Counted from the stretch's first letter, positions 37,834 to 49,177 are shown. The stretch is 64,000 nucleotides of DNA from Candidatus Marinacidobacterales bacterium (GCA_965226495.1 OZ245365.1:2752001-2816000); one strand, 5' to 3'. Made by a program: numbers and translations. Notes: a model not told the origin generated them from the letters alone.

Positions 37834-40019
37834 GACCGTACCTAGCCCTCATCAACATCGACCTCAAGCTCGCGCTGCGAAACAAGTCGGTCATCTTCTT
37901 CAACTACTTGTTTCCCCTCATCTTCTTCTTCGCGTTTGCCCAGTTCCTGGGCGATGGCTTGGGAGGCAGGATCTCGTACATCGTTAGCATAGTCCTGGTC
38001 CTTGGCATTCTCGGCAACGGCCTCTTCGGCGCCGGGATGCGAGCGGTTCAAGAGCGAGAGGCCAACATCCTCCGCCGATTCAAAGTCGCGCCGATCTCGC
38101 CCATTCCCATTCTCGTTGCCTCGATGGTTACCGGATGGGCGCTGTATCTACCGTCGGCACTATTGGTTCTCGGATTGGCTCACTTTTTCTACGGAATGGA
38201 GATCCCGGAGCGTTGGTTCGCTCTTTTTGCGTTGATTTCGATCGGTGTCGTCGCCTTCCGCGCCGTTGGTTTGATCCTGGCGGCGGTGGCGAACTCGATA
38301 CAAGAGAGCAACATTTTGATCCAGACGCTGTACATGCCGATGCTCTTCCTGAGCGGTGCGACATTCCCGATGACCATGCTTCCTGTTTGGGCCCAAGTCA
38401 CCGCGCAGTATCTTCCGGCAACGTACCTTGTCACAGGTTTCCAAGGGGTCTTCTATCGACAAGAAAGCTTGTTCGAAAACTGGCCGGCCGTCCTGGCCCT
38501 CACCGCCACCATCGTCCTTGCCACATTCGTCTCGGCAAAGCTCTTTCGCTGGGAGAAGGATGAGAAGATCGCTGGCTCGGCCAAACTCTGGGTCGTGGGA
38601 GTGCTCCTACCGTTCTTCGCGCTCGGCAGCTACGAACTATGGAGTCGAGACAACATAAATAAGGCGGAAGCGTTGTGGCGCGATCTGGACCGCCGGGAGC
38701 TCCTCCTCATACAAAATGCTCGAGTCTTTATCGGCGACGGACGCGTAATCGAGTCGGGAACGGTCCTGGTCGAAGACGGCAAGATTCAGGGCGTGTTCGA
38801 TTCCAACCCTCCGGATTCCTCTCGATGGCGGGGAGAAGTCATCGACGCGGCCGGCAAAACCCTTCTCCCCGGCCTGATCGACGTTCACGTCCACCTCGCC
38901 GCACCGGGAGGGGTTGTCGCATCGGAGACCGAGTACGACTTCGAAGGCGCGATGGAGCGGGCACTCGCCGCGTACCTCTATAGTGGTGTCACCACCGTCA
39001 AGAGCGTCGGTGACCCTGTTCAGGCCACGCTTCGTCTGCGAGATCGCGAGCGTTCCCGAGAAGTTCAAGGAGCGGAGCTCTTCGTGTGCGGTCCCATGTT
39101 TACCACCGAGGGTGGCCACGGAACCGAGTATTTCGAGACGCTTCCACTAGCAATCCGAGAATTGGTCGCCCAGCAGTGGGTTCGAACGCCTTCGTCGCGC
39201 GAGGAAGCCGGCCAGCAAGTCCGGGAGCTCAAAGCCGCGGGTGTCGATAGCATCAAAGCCATTCTAGAGGCGGGGCGGGCGGGAATGCTCTTCAACCGCA
39301 TGGATACGTCCATCCTCGAAGGCATCGCGGAGGAAGCGCGCGCCCTGGAGCTTCCACTGACCGTGCATACCGGCAACAGCCAGGACATGGAAGCCGCCAT
39401 CGAGGCTCAAGCGACCAGCATCGAGCACGGTTCATCCCTCGACGAAATACCGCTCGCAACGTTTCGACGCATGGCGAACGACGGCATCACCTACGACCCG
39501 ACGCTCGGCGTCCGCGAGGCCCTCGTTGATCTGTCCAAGGGTGACACGAAACCTTTCGAACGCTCGTTGCTCCAGCAAGTAGGGCCACTCGAGCTCTTGC
39601 GACAAACTCGGGAAGCCCTCGAGTCGGGGCAGATGCGACAACGCCTGAGCCAAAGGAGTCTCGAAGATGAGCTCGTCCGGGCGCAGGCCAACCTCCTTGC
39701 CGCTCATCGCGTCGGGGTGACCCTTGTGACCGGAACCGATTCCGGCAATCCACTCGTTTTCCATGGACCCGCCATACACAGAGAGTTGCAGCTCTGGGTC
39801 GAAGCGGGACTTCCGCCCGCAGTCGCCCTCCAAGCCGCGACCAGAAACGCGGCCGCCCTTCTCGGAGCGGGCGATCGTCTGGGTCTCATCCAGGCCGGTT
39901 ATGACGCCAACCTGCTGCTGGTCGACGGGAACCCGCTAGAGGACATCGCCAGCACGGAGAGGATCTCACTGATTGTTTACAAAGGTGGGAGAGTAGAGCG
40001 AAGTCGATTGTTCGAGTAG
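37830..40019 (+). CDS. ABC-2 permease fused to metal-dependent amidohydrolase
   Basis: ~240 aa ABC-2 TM region ending FRWE, one extra TM, then PGLIDVHVH, IK, VHT, IEHG, GTDSG, G..ANLLLVDGNPL. Confidence 0.88.
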   Translation: MRPYLALINIDLKLALRNKSVIFFNYLFPLIFFFAFAQFLGDGLGGRISYIVSIVLVLGILGNGLFGAGMRAVQEREANILRRFKVAPISPIPILVASMVTGWALYLPSALLVLGLAHFFYGMEIPERWFALFALISIGVVAFRAVGLILAAVANSIQESNILIQTLYMPMLFLSGATFPMTMLPVWAQVTAQYLPATYLVTGFQGVFYRQESLFENWPAVLALTATIVLATFVSAKLFRWEKDEKIAGSAKLWVVGVLLPFFALGSYELWSRDNINKAEALWRDLDRRELLLIQNARVFIGDGRVIESGTVLVEDGKIQGVFDSNPPDSSRWRGEVIDAAGKTLLPGLIDVHVHLAAPGGVVASETEYDFEGAMERALAAYLYSGVTTVKSVGDPVQATLRLRDRERSREVQGAELFVCGPMFTTEGGHGTEYFETLPLAIRELVAQQWVRTPSSREEAGQQVRELKAAGVDSIKAILEAGRAGMLFNRMDTSILEGIAEEARALELPLTVHTGNSQDMEAAIEAQATSIEHGSSLDEIPLATFRRMANDGITYDPTLGVREALVDLSKGDTKPFERSLLQQVGPLELLRQTREALESGQMRQRLSQRSLEDELVRAQANLLAAHRVGVTLVTGTDSGNPLVFHGPAIHRELQLWVEAGLPPAVALQAATRNAAALLGAGDRLGLIQAGYDANLLLVDGNPLEDIASTERISLIVYKGGRVERSRLFE

Positions 40020-40065
40020 TATGCGACAGCTTGCATCGGAACAGGACAAAAGGGGAACTCTGAAG

Positions 40066-40962
40066 ATGTTGAAACCAGTCTTGAGCAACTTACTCGTGTT
40101 TGCCTTGGCCGCAGGAGCCGCGAGCGCCCAGGAGTCTCTGAAGGTCTACATCTCGGCGGACATGGAAGGTGTGGTCGGCGCGGTGACCGACGCGCAACTA
40201 GGGCCGTCGGGGTTCGAGTACCAGAGATTCCGCGAGTTCATGACCAACGAGGTTCTTGCGGCGATCGAGGGCGCTCGTGCCGCCGGAGCCACCGAATTCC
40301 TCGTCAGTGACTCTCACGGCAATGGTCAAAACTTGCTCATCGAGAAATTCCCCAAAGACATTCAAATCGTGCGCTCGTGGCCTCGACATTTGGGCATGAT
40401 GACCGGGATCGACGAAAGCTTCGACGCGGCCTTTTTTATTGGCTACCACTCGGCGACTTCGAACCTGGAAGGGGTCCGCGCCCACACGATGTCCAGCGCC
40501 CGGCTAACGGATATTCGACTTAACGGTATCTCGATGCCCGAAGCGGGAATCAATGCGGCGATCGCTGGAGAGGTTGGCGTCCCGATCGCGATGATCTCGG
40601 GCGACGACGCCATCGTAGCGGAGGCAGGAGCACTTCTAGGCCACATCGAAGGGGCAACCGTTAAGTGGGCCTACAGCTTTCATTCCGCGCGCACCCTGAC
40701 GCCGGAAGCGAGTTACGACCTCATTCGTGAAACGGCCCGCAAGGCTCTCTCCGACCTCGGCGCGTTCAAGCCGTACCGCCTGTCCAACCCCATCACGACC
40801 GAGGTCGCGTTCAAGGACTATCGTCCACCTCAGCTTTTGGAGTATCTCCCTAACGTGGCGCGGGTCGACTCACACACCATCCGGTTCCGCGGACAGAATA
40901 TGCGAGAGGTCTCGGACATGATGGTTTTCATCAACAGCTACAGTACTTCTCTGACGCCCTGA
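40066..40962 (+). CDS. M55 family D-aminopeptidase (DppA-like) with signal peptide
   Basis: ISADMEG, DSHG, IGYH, AHT, SGDD; ASA-Q cleavage site. Confidence 0.92.
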   Translation: MLKPVLSNLLVFALAAGAASAQESLKVYISADMEGVVGAVTDAQLGPSGFEYQRFREFMTNEVLAAIEGARAAGATEFLVSDSHGNGQNLLIEKFPKDIQIVRSWPRHLGMMTGIDESFDAAFFIGYHSATSNLEGVRAHTMSSARLTDIRLNGISMPEAGINAAIAGEVGVPIAMISGDDAIVAEAGALLGHIEGATVKWAYSFHSARTLTPEASYDLIRETARKALSDLGAFKPYRLSNPITTEVAFKDYRPPQLLEYLPNVARVDSHTIRFRGQNMREVSDMMVFINSYSTSLTP

Positions 40963-40966
40963 CAAT

Positions 40967-41305
40967 CTATTTGGGTTTTCGCAAGCCCTTCGGCATCACT
41001 TCCTGTAGCTTTTCCTCGAGCTCGTCGGCCATTGCGAAGTGGTTGTGGGCGCGAGCCGCTTCGGCACCCTGCCGGAACGCCCAGCGAGCCTCTTTCTTCC
41101 TTCCCAGCTGAACCAGAGCGTCCCCGAGCGTACGATAGGCGGCTCCCTCATCCTCCTTGAGTTTCAAGTAGGCCTCGAGCTCCTTCACGGTCGCCTCGTG
41201 ATCGCCCGCCTCGTAGAGCTCATTGGCCAACATAAAGCGAGCCAATGCATCCTTCGGATCTTTCTCGATCATGTTGCGAAGTGCTTCGATTCGGCTGTCA
41301 CTCAT
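40967..41305 (-). CDS. Small TPR protein
   Basis: RIEAL...DP.D.LARFMLANE, AAYRTLG. Confidence 0.8.
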   Translation of the reverse strand: MSDSRIEALRNMIEKDPKDALARFMLANELYEAGDHEATVKELEAYLKLKEDEGAAYRTLGDALVQLGRKKEARWAFRQGAEAARAHNHFAMADELEEKLQEVMPKGLRKPK

Positions 41306-41997
41306 GGGTTCTCTCCGACGTTCCCAATCCACGCATCCAGCACATCGAGGATCTCTTGCGTTACTTCGCCCTCAGTCCGGCCGACCCGCTTGGGAACCTT
41401 GAAGGAATGATCTCCTTCGGCAATGACGTGCAACGTCGCTCCACCGCCCATCTCATCCACGACCTCCTGGAGTAGATTGAGCTTGGCGAAAGAGTCCCGT
41501 CCCCCCTGAATAAAAAGCGTGGGGACCGGGATGCTGGGCAAGTGATCTCTTCTTTGTTTGTCGGTCTTTCCCGGAGGATGAAGTGGGTAGCCGAGAAAGA
41601 ACACGCCGCTGCAAGGATAACCCTCTGCCGCTACGTAGGAAGCCATCCGTCCCCCCATCGACTTCCCCCCAAGGAAAATGGCGTCCGATTTCAGCTCTTT
41701 TCGCGACCAGTCGGCGACTGAGCGCCAGGCGGCTTCGAGCTGCGGCCGCCGATCGGGTGCCCTTTTCCTTCTTTCGCTGTAAAGAAAGTTGAACCGCACT
41801 ACGGCCACCGACCGCGCGGTGAGACCATTTTGCAGCTGCACGAGAAGCTTCGCGTTCATGTCTCCGCCGGCGCCGTGGGCCATGATCGCCACGGCCCGGA
41901 TTTTCTTGGGGTGGGCGACCGCAACCGACACCTGCCCGAGAACGTCGCCCTCGTGAAGGACGTCTACCTTGTAATAGGTCTCTTCGAAATCCGCCAT
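41302..41997 (-). CDS. Alpha/beta hydrolase (KANL3/Tex30-like)
   Basis: AHGAGG, GGKSMGGR, GYPLHPPGK, GDHSF. Confidence 0.88.
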   Translation of the reverse strand: MADFEETYYKVDVLHEGDVLGQVSVAVAHPKKIRAVAIMAHGAGGDMNAKLLVQLQNGLTARSVAVVRFNFLYSERRKRAPDRRPQLEAAWRSVADWSRKELKSDAIFLGGKSMGGRMASYVAAEGYPCSGVFFLGYPLHPPGKTDKQRRDHLPSIPVPTLFIQGGRDSFAKLNLLQEVVDEMGGGATLHVIAEGDHSFKVPKRVGRTEGEVTQEILDVLDAWIGNVGENP

Positions 41998-42109
41998 GAG
42001 TTTCGGTGACAGGTGATTTATCCACGCCATTTTGTCACGGAAGGTAACAATTAAAAAACCTGTCCCGGAAATAGGAGTTATTCTACGCCCCGTCGAAAGG
42101 AGACGAGCA

Positions 42110-43955
42110 ATGCTCCGAAATTCTCCAATGGTGATGGGGGCGATGATCGTCGTCGTGTTGCTGTCTGGTTGTGAGGCCGCAGTACCCAGCGATCCCCTAC
42201 TCACGGAGCACGAAGCAGTCTTCGGTGCCTTCAACAACTACACGCCCCCACAATACGACGCACTCACCAATGAGGCAGTCTACATCACGATGCGAGACGG
42301 CGTCCGCATCGCAATCGATGTGACACTGCCGTCACCGCTCGCGCCGAACGCAAAGCTCCCCGCCATCCTAATGACGACTCGATACTGGCGCGCCCGCCAG
42401 GGACAGGAGCCGCGTGACTACGACCGTTTCTTCGCCGGGCACGGCTACGCGTTGATTCGAGCCGACGAGCGCGGGACCGGCGCTTCGTTCGGTATCTGGC
42501 AACACTTGTGGCCCCCCGATGCCGTCGCCGACTATGGAGAGACCGCCGAATGGATCGCGTCCCAACCATGGTCCAACGGCACGGTCGGCGGCATTGGCGT
42601 CTCCTACGTGGGTACGACGGCGCAGCTCCTCGCCGTTTCCAATCATCCCGCGGTGAAAGCCGTTGTCCCGAAGTTCATGGAGTTCGACGCCTATACCGAC
42701 ATCGGTCTTCCCGGGGGAATTCCACTCGAATGGCTGATCGGCACTTGGCTCAACGTGGTGCGGCAGCTGGATCGAAACGAAGCCCCCGGGGGCGGCAATC
42801 GCAAAGTGAGGCCGGTCGACGCGGACACCGACAGGGCTCTTCTGGCGGAAGCCATTGCCGAGCACGGAAACAGCCCCGACATTCGTCCACTGATGGAAGT
42901 CTCTTTCCGGGATGAGCCCGGCCCGGGGTTGGAGACGACGTGGGACGACATGAGTGTCCACACCTACTTGGATGAAATCGAGCGCTCCGGCGCTGCCATT
43001 TACGGTTGGGGAAGCTGGAACGATGCCGGAACCGCAGACTCGGTCATCAGGCGCTTCATGACCTTGAGCAATCCTCAGCGTGGAGTCATCGGCCCCTGGA
43101 ATCACGGAGGAGGTCTCCACACCAGTCAATACCTAGCCGATGATGCGACCACCGTTCCTAGTCGGAAGGCGCAGTGGCTCGAGGATCTTCGGTTTTTCGA
43201 CTACTACCTAAAGGGGGTCGACACCGGGATCATGAACGAGAAGGTGATCATCTACTACACGATGGGCGAGGCGAAATGGAAGCGGACCACGACGTGGCCG
43301 GTTTCCGGGGTCACACGCCAACGTTGGTACTTAGGTGAAGACCAAAACCTGGTAACCGAGGCGCCGAGCGCCCCCACCGGTAGCGATCGCTACGAGATCG
43401 ACTTTGATGCGACGACCGGGCCCGCGAGTCGCTGGCATACCGAGATGGCAGGCGGGGATGTCGTCTACGGTGATCGCGCCGATGACGATGAGAGACTTCT
43501 GACCTACACCAGCCCTCCGCTCGAGACGGACCTCGAAGTCACCGGTTATCCCCTGGTCCTGCTCCACGTTGCTTCCACCCACGAAGACGGGGCGTTTTAT
43601 GCCTATCTGGAGGACGTCCACCCGGACGGAAGGGTCACTTATGTCACCGAGGGACAGCTTCGCGCCCTAACCCGCAAAATCTCCAGCGAAGAGCCCCCGT
43701 ACCGAGTCTTCGGCCCCTACCACACCTTCAAAACCGCAGACGCCGCCGCCCTCGTCCCGGGCGAGGTCGCGGAGTTCAGAATCGGCCTCCAACCCACCTC
43801 CGTTGTGTTCAAGCAGGGGCACAGGGTTCCGACTCGCGCTCGCCGGTAACGATGCCGGCCTGTTCGCCCGGGTCCCGAAGAATGGAGATCCAGCAATCAC
43901 GGTGGAACGAAATGCAAATCACCCGTCGTTAATAGAGCTTCCTGTGGTAAAATAA
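42110..43955 (+). CDS. CocE/NonD family hydrolase lipoprotein, frameshift near C-terminus
   Basis: LSGC lipobox, MRDGVRI, ERGTGASFG, GVSY, GPWNH; tail RLALAGND...IELPVVK* in shifted frame. Confidence 0.85.
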
Positions 43956-44192
43956 CCCCATACCCGCTCCAAACTATAGTCACGATTCAGATTAGGACCG
44001 CCGGTTTCTGGTGGTTCAAAAGGCTTAAGGTTTTACTTGAGGACTTGGTTCCAAGTATTTAAAAACATTTGCCTTTCTCCTTGTTGCCAGTGTATTATCA
44101 GTCCGCTCTCATCACCCCTGGACGATAGAGATTTGCCAACATCTGCCGATGGAACCCCGTTAGAGGGCTCAGACAGAGACGAAGGAGCGTGA

Positions 44193-45278
44193 ATGTACCC
44201 CAACCGACATAAGCAGTGGTACTTAGCCGGCGCCGTTCTCGGGCTAGTCGTTCTTTTCGGAGCTTGCGCACTGGAGGAAGGAAGCTCGCCCACCTCGAAC
44301 ACTCCCCCAGTGGTTGGCAGCAGTGAGGGCCAGCCCGCTCCGACTGCCCCACCTGCCGCACCCGGCACAGCGCCGCCGACAATTGTCAGCCCCGAGGGGG
44401 GCGAAGAGGTCGGCAGCCAATCACCGACGCTCACGGTTAGAAACGCCACCACTACGGACGGGCCCCCGACCTACACCTTCCAAGTCGCGACAGACCGCAG
44501 CTTCAATGACATCGTGGCGAGAGAAGGGGGCGTGCGTGAAGGTTCCGACGGGAAGACCGCCTGGCAAGTCGAAAAGTCGCTGGAAGCTCGCAAGCATTTT
44601 TGGCGAGCCTATGCAGACTTGGGCACGAGTCGGCTTACGTCGGAAGTCGCCGATTTTACCGTCCCCGAAGAATCCGAACCCAGTCTTCCCGGCGTTGGCG
44701 GTGGCGGTCAGGTCATCCTTACCGATTCCCTCACCAATGGCGGCTCGGTAGGCCAGGTCTCGGGCGGTGCGTTTACGTCCCGCGGTTGGGAAGTGAGAGC
44801 AAAGAATAACTTCATTCGCTATAACATCCCCCCGCTCGCGGCAGGATACGTCGAATTCGACACCTGGGGGCTTCAACGCTCCAATCCCAGCCTCGATCAG
44901 TTCATGCTGTTCGGAATGTGGGATCCCAACCGAGGAGATTACCGGGCGAATCCGTTCCGGGTGCATCTCCAAAAGCTCGATCCGAGGCACAACGGTCCCT
45001 ACTTACGCTTGCGCTGGATTGCGCAGGGCGAGCAACACGACGAAGGTAACGGCTTCCTCAATTGGGAACCGTTCAAGGTCTATACGTGGCGCATCCAGTG
45101 GGGTCCCGCCGGCGCCCGGAACACGGCCGACGTTTTTATGAACGGCAACCACATGATTACGGTGAGCTATAGCCGAGCCTACAATCCAAGCAAACATTAT
45201 GTGGAGCTCGGGATCGCAGAGCGGGCGGAATCCATCCAGGGAGTGGTTTACTCGAACGTCGAAATTGGGCGCCGGTAG
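44193..45278 (+). CDS. Hypothetical lipoprotein with Ig/FN3-like and beta-sandwich regions
   Basis: FGAC lipobox, Pro-rich linker, YTFQVATD, FWRA. Confidence 0.72.
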   Translation: MYPNRHKQWYLAGAVLGLVVLFGACALEEGSSPTSNTPPVVGSSEGQPAPTAPPAAPGTAPPTIVSPEGGEEVGSQSPTLTVRNATTTDGPPTYTFQVATDRSFNDIVAREGGVREGSDGKTAWQVEKSLEARKHFWRAYADLGTSRLTSEVADFTVPEESEPSLPGVGGGGQVILTDSLTNGGSVGQVSGGAFTSRGWEVRAKNNFIRYNIPPLAAGYVEFDTWGLQRSNPSLDQFMLFGMWDPNRGDYRANPFRVHLQKLDPRHNGPYLRLRWIAQGEQHDEGNGFLNWEPFKVYTWRIQWGPAGARNTADVFMNGNHMITVSYSRAYNPSKHYVELGIAERAESIQGVVYSNVEIGRR

Positions 45279-45377
45279 ACCTTAGCACTACTCTAAATCG
45301 GGCCTCGCGACACTTCGTTACAGTTGATGCGAGGGGCATCGAAACGGTAGAGTTTCTTCTCTTTCAGGAGAAACTCA

Positions 45378-47009
45378 ATGCCCCTCGCATCTTCTCTCTT
45401 TGCCGTCCTCGCTTTCGTTATCGCGGGCTCGACGTATAGCCAAAGCGATACGCCGGTCGCTCCCCTGCTCGAGGACCTCGGGACGCTCCATCATCCCATC
45501 ACGACTAACTCGGAGCGTGCTCAGATCTTCTTCGATCAGGGCCTAAGACTCACGTACGCGTTCAACCATGCCGAGGCGGCCCGCGCTTTCAGAGAGGCCG
45601 CTCGACTCGACCCAGATTGCGCTATGGCGTACTGGGGACTCGGTCTCGCGCTGGGGCCCAATATCAACGACCCCATGCCCCATGCACGGGAGCTAGAGGC
45701 TTACGCAGCGGTACAGAAAGCGCTGGCATTGAAATCGAATGCCAGCGAGAACGAGCGCGCCTACATTGACGCGCTCGCAACCCGGTACTACAACAAAGAG
45801 GACGCCGACCGCTCGACCCTCGACGCCACCTACGCCAAGGCGATGGGCGGGCTCGCCGAAAAATATCCGGACGATCCCGATGCCGGGACGCTCTATGCGG
45901 CGGCGATCATGAATACGATGCCTTGGGACTATTGGACTGCCGATCTGAACCCCAAACCGGACACGGAGATAGTTATTTCTATGCTGGAATCGGTTATCGC
46001 CAACCACCCGGACCATCCCGGCGCCCATCATTACTACATTCATATCATCGAGCCATCGACCGAGCCCGGTCGTGCGGTGCCAAGTGCAGAACGCCTGGCG
46101 AATCTCATGCCAGGTGCAGGGCACTTGGTGCACATGCCCGCACACATCTACATTCGCGTAGGCCGCTATGCCGACGCATCGGAGGCCAACGTTCGCGCCA
46201 TCGCCGCCGATGAAGCCTACATCGCTCAGTGCCAGGCCCAGGGTCTATATCCGATTGGTTACTACCCGCACAACATTCACTTTCTGTGGGCCGCAGCTAC
46301 TGCGGAAGGAAACAGTGAGGTGGCCATCGACTCGGCACGCAAACTCGCCGACAAGGTGCCCCGCGGCGACTTGACGGACTTCCTGTCTCTCCAAGACTTT
46401 TTAGTGACGCCGTACTACGCGTTCACTCGATTCGGAAGGTGGGAAGAAATGCTGAGCGAGCCGCCTCCACCAAGCGATCTCGTCTTCACCAAGGGTGTTT
46501 GGCATTACGGGCGTGGAGTGGCCTTCACGGCGACCGGCCAGATCGACCGCGCCGAGCATGAGCTTTCCGAGCTGTCGAAGCTCATCGGAAATTCGACCCT
46601 GAAAGAACTGCTCATCAACCAGAGCCCGGCCCGCGACATTCTTGGCATTGCGGCCAAGACGCTGTCGGGGGAGCTCGCAGCTAAAAAAGGCGAGTTCGAA
46701 GAGGCGATTCGCTTCCTCGAAGAGGCTGCTGCGATTCAAGACGGACTGCGCTACTCGGAGCCATCGCCGTGGCATCAACCGGTGCGGCAGGTTTTGGGTG
46801 CGGTGCTGCTAGAGGCGGGCCGCCCCGCGGAAGCGGAGACCGTCTACCACAAGGATCTCGATTGGAATCTCCATAACGGCTGGTCGCTCTACGGCCTTTT
46901 GCAGGCCCAGCGAGCGCAAGGGAAAACGACGGAAGCGGCTGAAACGCAGGAGGAATTCGAAGACGCGTGGGCGCGAGCCGACGTGGCACTCACCGCTTCG
47001 CGCTTCTAG
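45378..47009 (+). CDS. Secreted TPR-repeat protein
   Basis: FDQGL..YAFNH.EA, HPGAHHYYIH, HLVHMPAHIY. Confidence 0.85.
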   Translation: MPLASSLFAVLAFVIAGSTYSQSDTPVAPLLEDLGTLHHPITTNSERAQIFFDQGLRLTYAFNHAEAARAFREAARLDPDCAMAYWGLGLALGPNINDPMPHARELEAYAAVQKALALKSNASENERAYIDALATRYYNKEDADRSTLDATYAKAMGGLAEKYPDDPDAGTLYAAAIMNTMPWDYWTADLNPKPDTEIVISMLESVIANHPDHPGAHHYYIHIIEPSTEPGRAVPSAERLANLMPGAGHLVHMPAHIYIRVGRYADASEANVRAIAADEAYIAQCQAQGLYPIGYYPHNIHFLWAAATAEGNSEVAIDSARKLADKVPRGDLTDFLSLQDFLVTPYYAFTRFGRWEEMLSEPPPPSDLVFTKGVWHYGRGVAFTATGQIDRAEHELSELSKLIGNSTLKELLINQSPARDILGIAAKTLSGELAAKKGEFEEAIRFLEEAAAIQDGLRYSEPSPWHQPVRQVLGAVLLEAGRPAEAETVYHKDLDWNLHNGWSLYGLLQAQRAQGKTTEAAETQEEFEDAWARADVALTASRF

Positions 47010-47021
47010 GCACTGGGCCCG

Positions 47022-47945
47022 TCAGATAATCCGTTTCCCCAACGCGGAAGCCATCATCTCGACGGCCACCTCAGCGGTGGAGTTCCGGATATCGAGAACT
47101 GGATTGACTTCCGCCAGTTCGAACGAGCACAGCTTTCCGCTTTCCGCCACGAGCTCCATCGCGGTGTGCGCTTCGCGATAGGTCAGCCCGCCTCTCGCCG
47201 GAGTCCCCACTCCCGCGGCCACCGCTGGATCCAACGAATCGACGTCGAAGCTCACGTGGAAGGCTTCGGTCCCGGCGCTAGCGATGGCGATGGCGTCCTT
47301 GGTCACGGCGTGAATCCCCCTTCGGTCGATGTTCTCCATCGTGAAGACCGTGATGCCGAGCTCTTTCAGCACTCCTCTTTCGCACTCGTCGACGCTTCGC
47401 ACGCCGATCAACGCGGCATGTGCGGGATCGACCCGCCCTTCATCCGGTCCAAAGCCGCCGACCTCGACGAGTTCTCTGGCCCCCCTGCCTAGCACGACCG
47501 CCAGCGGCATGCCGTGGATGTTGCCGGAGGGCGATGTTTCCGGGGTGTTCGCATCACCGTGGGCATCGAACCAAAGAAGCCCCATTTTTTTTCCCTCGCT
47601 GCGGTAATGAGCGGCGACACCGGAAATCGTGCCGATGGCCATGGAGTGGTCGCCCCCGAGGACGACGGGAAACTCACCCCGACCCATCGTCCGCTCTACC
47701 TTCCCGCAGAGATTGTCGACGGTCCGCACGATTTCCGGGAGGTACCGCAGCTTCGGATCGCTTACTTCCTGCACTTCGGGGCAGACGACCACGATATCGC
47801 CGCCATCGACAACCTCATAACCCAAGCGCTCCAGGGTCTTCCTGGCACCGGCAATGCGGATTGCCGACGGCCCCATGTCTACACCACGGCGGCCCGCACC
47901 GAGATCGAGCGGTACACCGATGAGCCGAACGAGCGAGCTGGCCAT
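47022..47945 (-). CDS. rocF: Arginase
   Basis: GVDMGP, GGDHS, DAHGD, SGNIHGMP, SFDVD. Confidence 0.95.
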   Translation of the reverse strand: MASSLVRLIGVPLDLGAGRRGVDMGPSAIRIAGARKTLERLGYEVVDGGDIVVVCPEVQEVSDPKLRYLPEIVRTVDNLCGKVERTMGRGEFPVVLGGDHSMAIGTISGVAAHYRSEGKKMGLLWFDAHGDANTPETSPSGNIHGMPLAVVLGRGARELVEVGGFGPDEGRVDPAHAALIGVRSVDECERGVLKELGITVFTMENIDRRGIHAVTKDAIAIASAGTEAFHVSFDVDSLDPAVAAGVGTPARGGLTYREAHTAMELVAESGKLCSFELAEVNPVLDIRNSTAEVAVEMMASALGKRII

Positions 47946-48153
47946 GACGTAGTCTAAAGTCATTATATGGGATCCGCTCCCCGTCCCGTTCCAACTTGGC
48001 TCGCCTAGAAAGTTGATCGCCAAGGTCACTCTTGGCGCGGCCAGGCACCGCCGTCGTGCTCGGCTAGGTTAGTTGGAGCGGCACCAGCTAGCCCCCCAAG
48101 CGCTTCTCCTGCTTGTGGTAAGCTGCCGCCAACGGGAAAACTCGAGACGAACA

Positions 48154-49107
48154 ATGAGAGACAGACCGCGGATATCCGGCGTGCAGGTTCTCCGGATAGG
48201 AATCCTCGGGTTACTGCTCGGAGTTTCTGCTAGCTTCGGACGAAGCTCCCCCTCGTTCACTCCGCTTCCGGGCGGATCGAGGGTAGAGTCTTCCAGCCTC
48301 GATAGCCAAGCACTCCATGGGCAAGGGCAGTACTCCATTTTCTTCCCACCCTCCTACGACAGCAGCAAGGACACTTATCCGGTGATCTACTTCCTCCACG
48401 GGTTGTTCAACGACCACACGAGCTGGACCGATACCGAGCACGGCAATATGCCCGCGAAGATCGAACGGCTCATGTTGGAAAAAAAGATACCGGAAATGCT
48501 TCTAGTCCATCCCAACGGGGGTCGCAGCTTCTACACCAACTATTACGACGGACGCGTTAAATACGAAGACTTCGTGGTGAAGGAGCTAGTGGAACACGTA
48601 GAAACCACCTATCGCGCGAGAAAGGGGCGGCAGAATCGAAGCATCGCCGGAACCTCGATGGGGGGCTTCGGTGCCTTGAAGATCGCGATGAGATATCCGG
48701 ACATCTACGGGGCCGTTGCCGCGCATTCGCCGATTGTGTTCATCAACCGGAACCCGCTCGATGTTCCCCCAGAAGTGAAGTCGAGCCGGCGCTTCAGCTT
48801 CTTCAATGAGGTCTTCACTACGGTCTACGGTGACCCTCTGAACCAAGAGTACTACGATTCTAACAACCCCTTGGTTCTCGCGACTTCCGCAGATCTCAAT
48901 GGGCTGCCGATTTACTTCGACTACGGCACCGCCGACCGCTACAACCGGATCATCCAGCTCGGCCGAGGGCTGGAAGCTCTGGACCGAGCTCTCACGCAAG
49001 CCGGAGTGCCCCATGAATTCAAAGCGCATCCCGGCGAGCCACACGGGTGGGCGCTCGTCATGGCACACCTCGAGGAATCACTCGGCTTCGTGTCCCAATC
49101 CTTTTGA
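48154..49107 (+). CDS. Secreted putative esterase (alpha/beta hydrolase)
   Basis: YPVIYFLHG, GTSMGG, C-terminal HGW. Confidence 0.88.
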   Translation: MRDRPRISGVQVLRIGILGLLLGVSASFGRSSPSFTPLPGGSRVESSSLDSQALHGQGQYSIFFPPSYDSSKDTYPVIYFLHGLFNDHTSWTDTEHGNMPAKIERLMLEKKIPEMLLVHPNGGRSFYTNYYDGRVKYEDFVVKELVEHVETTYRARKGRQNRSIAGTSMGGFGALKIAMRYPDIYGAVAAHSPIVFINRNPLDVPPEVKSSRRFSFFNEVFTTVYGDPLNQEYYDSNNPLVLATSADLNGLPIYFDYGTADRYNRIIQLGRGLEALDRALTQAGVPHEFKAHPGEPHGWALVMAHLEESLGFVSQSF

Positions 49108-49177
49108 GGCGGCGTTGTGTTCACCCCCGACCATGCTAACCAAAGGTACCGTTCGCTTCGGGAGCATCTTCGTAACC

